This document shows positions 24,006 to 35,642 of a stretch of 43,416 bases of DNA, piece after piece. Numbering within the stretch: the stretch's first letter is position 1; the number at the start of each line of letters is the position of its first letter. Origin of the DNA: Octopus bimaculoides (taxonomy: Eukaryota); assembly GCF_001194135.2 (NCBI RefSeq), contig NC_068983.1:13248792-13292207 (forward strand). Direction: 5' to 3'. The notes beneath the pieces were generated by a model. The model saw only the letters and a program-made list of their open reading frames with translations, was not told the origin of the DNA and did not search any database. Made by a program: the position numbers and the translations under genes.

Positions 24006-24230
24006 TAAGGTGGTGAGCAGACAGAATCGTTTGCACGCCGAAGAAAATGATTAGCGGTCTTTCGTCCGACTTTGCTTTCTCAGTTGAAATAACGCCGAAG
24101 TCAATATTTGCCTGTCATCCTTTTTGGGAGCAATGAAATAAGTGCCATTTGAGGATTGTGGGTCAATGAAATCAACTATCTTTTTCCCAAAAAATTTCAA
24201 GCCTTGTTCCTGTGGTAGTAAAGGATATTA
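24006..24230 (+). mobile_element. SINE family B, degenerate
   Basis: TAAGGTGGTGAGCAGACAGAATCGTT head and CATCCTTTTTGGGAGCAATGAAATAAGT body. Confidence 0.75.
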
Positions 24231-25182
24231 GTTTCCTTTATTTGATGACAGCAAATTGTTACATTCGCTTGATAATCAGACTGGCTGTTGAGCAGTATTT
24301 GCTTCTGCGCTCTAAGTTCAAATGTAGTTAAGGTCAACGTTAAATTGCATCCATTCAGGATCTATAAAGTGTGTATCAAGGGTTGGTTGACGGTACTGCT
24401 TGAGTGATCGAAACAGTTCATCTTGGTATCGGCTCCGGCTCCATGCATTTTGAGTTCAACTCGCGCCTAGTCACTCAAAAACGAAAATTCTTCTCTCAGT
24501 AATTGCAACTCAATGACATTATCATCAATTTGAAGATCCAATGGAGTCTATGTTTCCTTGCACTGATCGGAAGGTCAGGCTACACCATTATTTGTACCTA
24601 ATCACCATAAAATTATTCCATTCTTTGGAACACCGATTTTTTGTTTTGCTACAAAATGTGTCATAACGGATGTATTAAATATAAGGAAAATAGTATTCCA
24701 TATATCCGAAACAATTCAGACCCTTCCGACAAGGTATCGTGCATAATCCAAAGACGGTAAGTACGTCATATGACTGCGGAAAAGGCTTCCATAAGGATGA
24801 AATTGACAAGTGTTAGTAAACCAAGAAGTAAATTTTGACAGACCGCAAGTGTAATCCTTAATTATTTTAATATATGGCCATTTACCCTAATCACCGAGCA
24901 GTTGGTCATATACATGTCCAGGACTGGTGAAAACTACATCTGGACATATGTCAACACACCTATTCACCGTCATAGAGTTGCTGATAATGTCTCATCCTCA
25001 TGCACGGCACGCCAAATTGTTCACGAAGTAGATGCTGACAAATAGATGCTGACAAATAGAGCGTGTTGTCCAGTTAAGAATTCGTGTAGGAGTTAGCGAC
25101 TTATCCAACCATCAAAATTACAGGCCTTGTGGCAAAATTTGAAATCAGGTTTTTCAAGTTTTTCAAATCAAGTTTTTCTCCC

Positions 25183-25400
25183 TAAGGCGGCGGGCTGCCA
25201 AAGTCGTTTGCATGTCGGACAAAATGTTTAGCGGCATTTTGTCCGTCAGTACATTCCAACTTCAAATTCCGCCGAGGTTGACTTTTTTTTTTATCTTTCC
25301 GGTGTCGATAAAATAGTAACAGTTGAGGACTGCAGTCGATGTAATTGACAAACCTCCTTTCCCAGAATCCTTGGCCTTGAGCCAAAGTTTGGAACCAATG
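25183..25400 (+). mobile_element. SINE family B, short-tail
   Basis: TAAGGCGGCGGGCTGCC head, TTCAAATTCCGCCGAGGTTGAC, GTCGATAAAATAGTAACAG body. Confidence 0.82.
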
Positions 25401-25788
25401 TTTTATCTCTCTCAGTCTGATAATTTACTACATTTAATTACAGAATACATATATTTTCTGAATGTTCTTTACATGAACGTAAAATGGATCCCATAAGACT
25501 TAATTTTCATAGAATATATCATAAGCTGTACAATTATATACTACTCAATTTATATACTCAGTAATTTAGGGGAATCTTTGCATTTTCCGGTAACATACAT
25601 TTTGTAAGATGATAAATCAGGTCATGATAATGGAGAATTAACGTTTCAGGGTCTATCTATTGATTCTTCCCAATATTCTCCACGCTTCACAGATTATGTT
25701 TTTACAAAATTATATTACTTGGGGGAGATTTGGGATGTAATCTATATTTATTATTTTTCTGTAGTCCCCCATCTTTATTGTTGTTTAA

Positions 25789-25789
<1 letters not shown>

Positions 25790-25877
<88 letters not shown>
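25790..25877. repeat. (TAT)n microsatellite
   Basis: Directly visible. Confidence 0.95.
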
Positions 25878-25878
<1 letters not shown>

Positions 25879-26883
25879 TGTGCTTATTCATCTACTGTCG
25901 TATTTCCATTTATATTAATATGGTCTGTTATCCAAATCGTTTCTATTTGTTTAATATTTCAAAATAAATAATTTAATCTAGGCAGTGTAATTTTTTTCGT
26001 TTTTTCTATCAACACTATCTCTATTTTTTAATTCAATAATTCTAGATTAGATAAACTAAATATAATTCATTTTTTTCTTAATTTCACTTTCTTGCTATTT
26101 CTATAGCTGAAACTGACGATATTATTTCCTACACACTGCATCGAATATTATAAAATTATGATGTTATTTTAAGCTGATATTTGTTTTAATGTGTTAAAGG
26201 GCACTGAATTGATAAAATCGTTAGAGCGTAGGGGGAAAATGCCTTCAGGCATTTTATCCGGCTCAGTTTTCTGCACTTAGATCATTCTTTACTAATTTTT
26301 CGTTTCAAACCATCAACAAATATAAAAGAAACGGAAAGATTTTACTTCTTCCATTTCCCCCAAAATACACACCTTTATCGTAAAACAGTAATTATCAGCT
26401 AATGATGACTTAAAAACAAGAAACATAAATTTAATCATTTATAAACAATGGAATATTATGCAAGATACAGTCCTAAATATATTTAATGATATAATGAAAT
26501 TTCAACACCAAGGAGATACATAGCAATTTGTTGATAATCGTTAAATACTAAAAAACAATTACAGCTGACTACTATTCAGCTAGATCATATCGACTTGTGA
26601 ATAGCTATACTAATTATACTGTCTACACTGTTGAGAAAACATTATTGGTAATAAATTATCTTAGGTGAAACACAAAATAGTTTTCCCTAATTTTATATCA
26701 CATTAAAATATTGAAAGAATGTGTACATAAAAATAACATCAGAAAATCCAAATAAATAATAAAATGATTAAAAAAGTATCGTAGAAAGGCTTTTTCACAA
26801 AAGGTAGTTATAGCTCTTACAGAATTAACCGGAGCAAGTGAAATCGAGAGCTCTGAGAAGTGAAATGGAAATAATAATAATAA

Positions 26884-26975
26884 TAAGTCCTGCTGTCGAT
26901 TTGCTCCACCAAAGGCGGTGCTCGAGCATGGCTGCAGTCAAATGACTGAAACAAGTAAAACAGTAAAGAGAGAGT
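26884..26975 (+). mobile_element. SINE family A 3' tail fragment
   Basis: AAAGGCGGTGCTCGAGCATGGCTGCAGTCAAATGACTGAAACAAGTAAAA matches 33685-33740. Confidence 0.85.
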
Positions 26976-27619
26976 ATACCTTGAAGCATTTTCATGGATG
27001 TTCTACCTGTGTAGCTAATCCACTCCTTTTGTCTAGCATTTATAATTCTTTCTGTCATAGACACAAGGTCTGAAATTTGGAGTAAGAAGATTACTAGAAT
27101 ATGTTGTCCCCCAGTACTCAATTATGGAAGACGACTTCTTCGGCAGTATCTGAATTAAGAACGTAAATTGCCCAGCGTGCTAACGGTTCTAATTATAACA
27201 ATGAAATAAATAGAGTACGACAAATGCAATAAAATGGCCGAATGGATATGGACAACAGTTTGATACTCTCAAACATACATGTTGCCTTGCTCCTACTAAT
27301 TTTCTATTGGCAGATGTGAGATCATTACATCGACAATGTAGATATCAATTTTCATTTGATAGATTCGGTGTCAATTTTCTCAACCCCACATGTTATCAGT
27401 TATCAATGTCGTAAAATATACTAAATAAATCGTTTATTAATACATCGTAAACTCTATTAAAACCACTGGTATTTAAACATGCCATATATAAATTGGGAAA
27501 TTCACCTCAGATAATATGGTTAATATGGCAGCAATCAAGGTCATATGAAATATCAATGTTCACTATATATAATAGCTTGAGATTATAAAATAAGCGTGTT
27601 ATCAACGTTCTATGTTGAT

Positions 27620-28030
27620 ATAATTGTAAAGAATGGATAGATATTTGCACTACTTATCGACAAACTGAGAAAACATTTCGGACTCACTCAATTCCCATCG
27701 TGGTCAACTTTGTTTCATGACCGATAAAATAAAGTGTCTGTGAATTAACGGGGTTGGTGATCTCGATTAATTGCCTCCCCCTCACAATTGCCTACCTTGT
27801 GCTTAAATCAGAAAAGAAATTTGCGAAGTGGCAGAATTTTTAGCACGACAAACAAAATACTTACTGATATTTGTTTCGATTCTTTACGCTCTGAAATCAA
27901 ATCCAACCGTGGTCAATTCTGCTTTTCATACCTTCGGGGTCGATGACGTAAGTCCTAGTCAAGTACTGTGATCGATGTAATCAACTTACCCCTTTCGTCA
28001 AACTGCTGGCCTTGTGCAAAAATAAGAAAT
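27620..28030 (+). mobile_element. Two adjacent degenerate SINE B copies (about 27620-27820 and 27822-28030)
   Basis: Second copy: GTGGCAGAATTTTTAGCACG...CCTTCGGGGTCGATGACGTAAGTCC. The first copy is more decayed but shows the same motif order. Confidence 0.7.
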
Positions 28031-28037
28031 ATACATA

Positions 28038-28460
28038 TACTCTTTACTCTTTTACTCTTTTACTTGTTTCAGTCATTTGACTGCGGCCATGCTGGAGCAC
28101 CGCCTTTAGTCGAGCAAATCGACCCCAGGACTTATTCTTTGGAAGCCTAGTACTTATTCTATCGGCTTCTTTTGCCGAACCGCTAAGTGACGGGGACGTA
28201 AACACACCAGCATCGGTTGTTAAGCGATCTTGGGGGACAGACACAGACACACAAACATATACACACATATATATATATATATATATACATATATACGACA
28301 GTTTTCTTTCAGTTTCCGTCTGCCAAATCCACTCACAAGGCTTTGGTCGGCCCGAGGCTTATAGTAGAAGACACTTGCCCAAGATGTCACGCAGTGGGAA
28401 TGAACCCGGAACGATGTGGTTGGTAAGCAAGCTACTTACCACACAGCCACTTCTGTGCCT
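28038..28460 (-). mobile_element. SINE family A, full length
   Basis: Reverse complement of 33313-33750, including the (GAGTAAAA)n tail. Confidence 0.93.
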
Positions 28461-28469
28461 ATATATTTC

Positions 28470-28590
28470 TTCGATGACAGAAGAATGAAAGGCAAAGTTG
28501 ACCTCGATGAGATTTGAAATCAGAATGTTAGTGGTCAAAAGAAACACCGGAATTCCGACCGACACTCTAACGATTCAGACAATCTCCTCT
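28470..28590 (-). mobile_element. SINE family B 5' fragment
   Basis: GAATGAAAGGCAAAGTTGACCTCG..GATTTGAA.TCAGAATGT matches the minus-strand B copy at 19115-19165. Confidence 0.75.
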
Positions 28591-28693
28591 TTTGTCATAA
28601 ATCTATTAATTGTTTTGTATTATAGGCTTCCAGCTTAACATTTCACATTTTTAAATGACAAATTGAGGTCGGAATACAACCACATAACGTGCG

Positions 28694-28738
<45 letters not shown>

Positions 28739-29103
28739 ACTCATATACACACATATACACACACACGTACATCACGCACATACACACACCACCACCATAC
28801 AGGCACACATACCTATACGCACATAATTACACGCATAAATCATACTTGTGTTTGCTTGGTAATGGCATCATTATTGGAAAAGTGCAATAAAATATATAAT
28901 TACCTTCATTAAAAATAATAAAGGATGTGAATAGGTTATCACACGAAGGACATTCAGTTCCAAACAAGGAATATTATCATCCTTGAATATTCATACACAC
29001 TTTATCGTTATACGATAGTTCATGTAGTATTTTCGAAACACGATTGAGCTTTTATTGAATTGCTTATATATTATGAAGAGCAACTAGAAGCCTTCTACAT
29101 TCC

Positions 29104-29142
<39 letters not shown>

Positions 29143-29206
29143 ATATATCTAAATTCATTTGCTTTTATAATTGACTTTTATTAAATTAAATTTGTTGTAA
29201 TAATTA

Positions 29207-29760
29207 GTTGTATATTATCAACTTAACGTGACAGTCTCAGTAAGGGAATCGTACTACTGCTATTTAGCCCTAGGAAGCTGGACCGCTTCCTGTCGTCCTT
29301 GACACATTTCCTGTGTCCTTATGTTTACGAGGGGGTGACAAGCACCTCCACCCAACCTAGCCTGCATTCATGGACATGTTTCTAAGTTTTTGCTGGTCAT
29401 CAGCCTGAAGTAGCATGACTAGCTGGCTGAAGATGTCTGTCAAGCTCTCGTGAACATATATTTCTAGTGAAACACATTCACTGATTACAAAAATTAGAAA
29501 TGGTTTATTTCTAAATCTCACAGGGATACTTAAGCAGCAATGTTACGATAAAGTAGTTGCATACTGTCAACTTAACGAGACAGTCCCAATAAATGATCAT
29601 ACTACTACTATTTAGCCCTAGGAAGCTGGACCGCTTCCTGTCGGCCTTGACCCATTTCCTGTGTCCTTATTCGGACTGTCACGTTAAGTTGACAGTATAC
29701 AACTACTTTATCGTAACACTGCTGCTTAAGTTTCTCTGTGAGATTTAGAAATTTCTAATT
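29207..29760 (-). mobile_element. Hammerhead-containing non-autonomous retroelement (retrozyme/Penelope pLTR-like)
   Basis: 16-bp TSD TTTGTTGTAATAATTA (29191-29206 and 29761-29776); direct repeats 29207-29322 and 29556-29670 (period 349); inverted arms 29487-29586 and 29673-29765; HHR motif at 29367-29409 on the minus strand. Confidence 0.72.
29367..29409 (-). ncRNA. Minimal type-I hammerhead ribozyme motif, predicted GUC cleavage between 29373 and 29372
   Basis: TTCAGG-CTGATGA-ccagcaaaaactta-GAAAC-AT-GTC-CATGAA. Full core, palindromic ACAUGU helix III, GUC triplet and helix I with 5 of 6 pairs; helix II is poorly paired in this copy. Confidence 0.65.
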
Positions 29761-30260
29761 TTTGTTGTAATAATTATTTTACAGTAATATCCGTACAGTG
29801 TTGAATTCTTTAAAATGCCGTTTAATTTATTTTGTGGTAGTATAGTACATTTCTTCACGTTCACATCTTTAAAACCCGTCTTGCTTTCCCTCAGGTACTT
29901 AGGTGATTCAGTATAACGAAGTGTAGTAGCCGCCACACCTCAACTAATTGATCCAATGTTTTTGTTCTGCCTCTGCTGTCCCACGTACATAAGAAGCATG
30001 GATATTTGGTGTATCCACTTTGTTCCCCACGGAAAACTTGGCCATCTTAAAGGCCACGCATATTACCCTCTGAGGACTGAGTTGGGGTTTGGGTATCTTG
30101 AAATCTAGACATGATGTTAAATAATTGTATTTACAAAAATCATGTATATTTTTAAGATAGCAATATGTGGAAGTATCAGATGAAGATCGCCCGTGTGTGC
30201 CCAGTGAGATCATAGAGCTGCTTATGGCAACCACCGCTTCAAGGCCTAGAAATAGACAAT

Positions 30261-30760
30261 TTAATTAATTTCTTCGCTCCCTATAGAGCATAGGCAATCG
30301 AATGCTTTTTTCCAGCCTTTTCGATTCTAAGATCTCTTTTCGGCTTCTCTTCTGTTGGAACCTTCCTTTTTGCTGAAGTTGTCATTCAGATTTTGCCGCA
30401 CATCGTCATATGTTTCCCGGATGGGAATTCCCGGATGGGCAAACATATGACTCTCCCAGGTATTGTTGATTTTAAATCGTCACTGACACTTGTGTACTTT
30501 TGCTTTTTTTTCCAGAAATGGGTGTTGATCATACGCAAACCCAGTTTCATCTCAACGAGTAGATGGTCCACGTTACTCAAGTATCTAACCCTTCACCTGT
30601 CCAGCATGGTAAGCCTTACCAGTCGCTGGCGGTCCGTTTGGGCTCCGTTTGCATAGCGCTCAGAGTCACTGAAGCCCACAAGCCACCATACCGCAACAAG
30701 GATTCGATCACAGTGTGAAGAAATTTACAGTGTTTAGTTATTATTTCTATAAATGGCCAG
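30261..30760 (-). mobile_element. RTE-clade LINE 3' fragment, decayed
   Basis: Minus-strand TVIESLLRYG (cf. xVESVLLYG, RT thumb region) and C-terminal *NRKGWKKAFDCLCSIGSEEIN* (cf. AQxRxxWRxxVxALCSxGSEED*). Confidence 0.65.
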
Positions 30761-30899
30761 CAGCTTTCTATACATACATGTTTCTCCCTATGCCATCGAC
30801 ATCGTCTAAGGGAAACAAAAGGCCGATACAGCTTAGCACTTACCTTCAAATGTGAAGATGCCGTATACTATAATATAAATATGGTACAAAATCGCTAAA

Positions 30900-31220
30900 C
30901 AGACCGGGCGTTGTGAGTGTTTATTGAGCGAAAACACCTAAAGCTCCACGAGGCTCCGGCAGAGGGATGGTGGCGAACCCTGCTGTACTCTTTCACCACA
31001 ACTTCCTCTCACTCTTACTTCCTGTTTCTGTTGTGCCTGTTATTTCAAAGGGTCAGCCTTGTCACACTGTGTCACGCTGAATATCCCCGAGAACTACGTT
31101 AAGGGTACACGTGTATGTGGAGTACTCAGACACTTGCACGTTAATTTCACGAGCAGGCTGTTCCGTTGATCGGATCAACTGGAACCCTCGACGTCGTAAG
31201 CGACGGAGTGCCAACAACAA
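30900..31220 (+). mobile_element. SINE family D, head-truncated, (CAA)n tail
   Basis: High identity to the reverse complement of 11995-12289; its first 130 bp or so are shared with 36536-36665. Confidence 0.92.
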
Positions 31221-33312
31221 ATTCTGTTGGCTAAATATCACACTTACTTTGAAGTGATTCAGTTGTTAATACAATCCGAATGAAAATATTGTTATTTTTT
31301 AAATCCTTTTTTAAAGGATGCTGATGTTTGTTTCCAAGTATGCTATAATATTTCGCATTTATTGCAAACATACCGGAACAGATACCATAGGAAACGTCTT
31401 ACGACGCTCTAATAATTCTACTTAATTCACTGTCTAGGATTTGTATTTCTTCATTGACCCTCAAGAGAATAAACTGCCAATAATGACTGCAGTACGATTT
31501 GAACCGACAACACATAGAACCGAAGCTATTAACGCTAGGTATTCAATCTGCACCTTCCCTTATTGCCTCTACTCACTCCTCTGCGCATCAGCTGTATTTA
31601 GTCAAGTATCTTTGCGTTACGACTTAAACACATGTTAAAGTCATTCGTCTTTTTCTTTCAGATTTCCGGAGTCGATAAAATAAGTACTGGCGAAAGAAAA
31701 TAAATAAATTAGGAGTTTTAATTAACGAAATGAATTTGATCAAAAGGTTTAACTAATGATAAACACTAACACTAACACAACCAAACCACCAACAGGAATA
31801 ATTTGAAACTACCATTGCAGAGTTCTTTAAAAGATTATGGTTTATTTCTAATTAAATCAGTGTTCCAAATAGTAATTTATTGCGACTGTAAAGATATAGA
31901 GAAGCACTTCTTAACAATAATAAAAGAATGCAAACTCCAATAGCTAAGAGTCTTAATTAATATTACTAAACTGAATAATCAACATCAAAACATGGATTAA
32001 AAAATAAACTATTCCAAGGAACACGAATTATACAAGGTTCCGTCGATCTAAATGGAGATTATAGAAGTAGCAAAATCGAAGAATACATGTATGCTAAAAA
32101 GAAATGAAATAATTTCTCACTCAACACTATCTTGATATAACAACACCAGCACCACCACCAACAACAACAACAACAATAATATTAATATTTTGTTTATTCA
32201 CCACCAAGCATTAATTAAAACATTGTATGAAACAGGATAAATGCGAGTAGAAATTAAAATAACAAACGCTGAAACTCAGAAAGGATGAGACATTCGAGGA
32301 AAAATACTGCCAAAAGTGATACGACTTCCAAAGTCTTCTAGTGGATACACCACGAAACTACAGTCAAACTGTCCACTAAGGCAATGCTTTCAGTTCTACT
32401 CCTCCAATCAACAGACGCGTGCTTAGAGCAGACCATGCTCACTACTTACATTCACCTTTCAATAAATTCACTAGGCTGCAGCACTTCTCTCTAAACACTC
32501 ACATTCCTTTCAACGTAAGACTTGAAATATACTGAATTAGGTACAAGTCCCTGACGTGGTACAGAAAAATACATACAAACGTGAAACCGACCGCTCACCA
32601 CGACATGAGATGAATGCATAATCGTTGAACTTACTTTTTTTCCCAGTATTGTTTATGACTGGATTTTCCAATAAGTTCCGTGAGAAATGCTGCTCTGTTA
32701 TAGAGGATTGCTGAAATCTAATGCTTCGGAAAGAACATTGAAAATTAGTATTAGTAATCGGTCTTTCTTTATACTGTGTAAAACATAATCTCATTCCCTT
32801 CACGATCCGTACTTCGTCTCGAAGTTACTTGTGTATATTGTGTGTTTTATGAGGGAATTGTTCGTCTAGTGAAGAGTGGTCATTGTTTTTTTTCGGGGAA
32901 AAGTTTGGTTTCATTTCATATGATATTGTCTGAAGTAGGAGTAACTTCTTTGTCCAGTTACACTAAATAAGTTCAATTTACTATAATTATTGAAGATTTC
33001 GAGCTTATGGTAAAAATTAGAAATACCGTAAACGACTCTATATAATTTATTATTTTTAAGTTAATCGCTACAGATTTTCTATAGAGATAACTGAAAGATA
33101 TGGCGTATCTTATACGAATACGTTTATGCAAAAAATGCGATCGAAGATAGAAGTAATAGGTAATGAGTGCATATACATGATAACGCTTAGAATATGCATA
33201 TAAACCCGTTACCTATTTTTTCTGTCTTCGAAGGCATTATTCCCATATATGTATTCGTACACGAAACGTAACTTTCAGTGCTGGCTCTGAATTCTATACA
33301 AAAACTGTACAT

Positions 33313-33486
33313 GGCGCAGGAGTGGCTGTGTGGTAAATAGCTTGCTTACCAACCACATGGTTTCGGGTTCAGTCCCACTGCGTGGCACCTTGGGCAAGTG
33401 TCTTCTACTATAGCCTCATGCCGACCAAAGCCTTGTGAGTGGATTTGGTAGAGGAAACTGAAAGAAGTCTGTCGTATATATGTATG

Positions 33487-33546
<60 letters not shown>

Positions 33547-33750
33547 TGTGTTTGTCCCCCCACCATCGCTTGACAACCGATTCTGGTGTGTTTAGGTCCC
33601 CGTAACTTAGCGGTTCGGCAAAATAGACCGATAGAATAAGTACTAGGCTTACAAAGAATAAGACCTGGGGTCGATTTGCTCGACTAAAGGCGGTGCTCCA
33701 GCTTGGCCGCAGTCAAATGACTGAAACAAGTAAAAGAGTAAAAGAGAGAG
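33313..33750 (+). mobile_element. SINE family A, full length, internal (TA)n(TG)n
   Basis: A-box GTGGCTGTGTGG, B-box GGGTTCAGTCCC, CORE-like GTGGCACCTTGGGCAAGTG, tail GAGTAAAAGAG. Confidence 0.94.
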
Positions 33751-34063
33751 TATGGAAACTTAGAAATTAGAACACCGTGCTGATAACACAATAGTATGAC
33801 ACAGAACAGACTTGTAAACCTTTGATATACTTGACTGGATATTATGGTTGCAAAACAAGATACTGTGTCCTTGCCGGCAATTAACAATTTATTATGTATT
33901 GTCATTTCCAAGGTCAAAACTTTGCTTTTCAGTCATTTTCAGTCGAAGTGTAATTGGTGTGTGAATTATTAATTTTCTCCAAGCTTATGCATCCATGGAA
34001 AAAGGAAATTTATTCTGATGTAAATTTCTTCTTATGATTACAGACTGTTCTGCTGTAATAACA

Positions 34064-34170
34064 TGGAAATACATTCGAAGGTAAGCTTGAATCAAAGAAA
34101 AATCTCTGACTGCTCTTGGAAATACATTCGAAGGTAACCTTGAATCAAAGAAATATCTCAAGACTGCTCT
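34064..34170. repeat. 53-bp tandem duplication (2 copies)
   Basis: TGGAAATACATTCGAAGGTAA.CTTGAATCAAAGAAA.ATCTC...GACTGCTCT occurs twice. Confidence 0.9.
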
Positions 34171-35584
34171 ATTTTACGGATTTTATATCGGAAGACACTA
34201 ACTGCCAAAAATAAAATAGAAGAAATGTTGGCAGACATGGTGTTACTCGTCAATACCTACAAGCAACGCAGGCTCTTCTTCTGCATTCTGGGGACCCACA
34301 GTTATTCCTGGCAAGAATTTTTGAGAAAATGAACTACTGATGCTTTTACTGAACAATGCAAAGTGAAAGGAATATCTTTAACATACCAATTTGCATTCTG
34401 CGATTTCTACCTTTGAACACTTAATTCGATTCAACTTGTTACTTCAAGATAAATACGTGACATCATCGATGTCCTTGGAGAAAGTTAAGTAACTTGAAAG
34501 GAATGATTTTTAGCTTAGCAAATTACGTTACATGACTTTTACTTTGGAATATTTGATTCGGTTCCACTCATCACTTGAAGGTAAAGTAGATATCTTTCAT
34601 ATCGTTGGGAAAAACAGAAGCCACAAAAACGAAGATCACATATGACATTCCAACTTATATACTGACAATTTTTTCTATTACTCATATTTTGAAAGTTTCT
34701 TGAAATATTGTGGAAAGAAAAACTATCTGATATGGAGAATAAAACTGTAGGACACACATTCAGAATCTCTGCAGTTATAGTGTTGAAATGTCAAAAAATA
34801 TCTAGCTGAAAAGCACTTGTAGGATTTGGAAAATCTGATGTGAATAGTTAATTCTTTTGTTACGCCAGTCAAGCAGAGCTGGGGGGAAACATCAAATGTA
34901 TTGCTAGAATTTCAATATGATTTCACTCTTAGATTTTCTTTTTGGATCAACTGCTACAGTACTACTACTATGGAAGTTATCGATTTGAATTCCTTGCTTT
35001 ACGCGAATAGAAGACAATTAACTTAAGTGTTCTTTAGTCTCCAGTAACTATGATAATTTACTTATCTGGACAATAACTTACATGTTGGTAGAACTGAAGA
35101 TCAAAACACTAAATTCACCTTAGTAATTTTGGTTCGCCAATGACGAAATGTAACTATTCGGCACGGCTGTTTAGACGATGTCTCTTTGGCACGGCTGACA
35201 GGACATTGAACTTGTCTCGGAGATGGCTTTGGGATGACAACACATGTTCACACACACAGAAAATACACATATGCTTTTAAATAAATAGATAGATAGATAC
35301 ATACATACATACATACATACATACATACATACATACATACATACACACATAGAGAGACAGATAGTTATATCGACAGAGACAGAGAGACAGAAAAAGAGAT
35401 TAATTATAATATATTGATTGCATCCGGTTAACATAAACACATTCACTCTTCTCTAAAACACAAAGAGAACTATACCGACGCACATAAAAACAACAGACAC
35501 AGATAAATGGGTAAGATAGATAGATAGATAGATAGAGAGCGAGAGGGGTATTTGTAATAAACTGGGTTATTTTATATGTTTTAA

Positions 35585-35642
<58 letters not shown>

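Noticed and set aside
24720-24757. 37-nt candidate exons ending in GTAAGT or GTAAGC (also 34044-34080)
   Set aside because: Acceptors are weak and the peptides unrecognisable; the second lies in a local tandem duplication.
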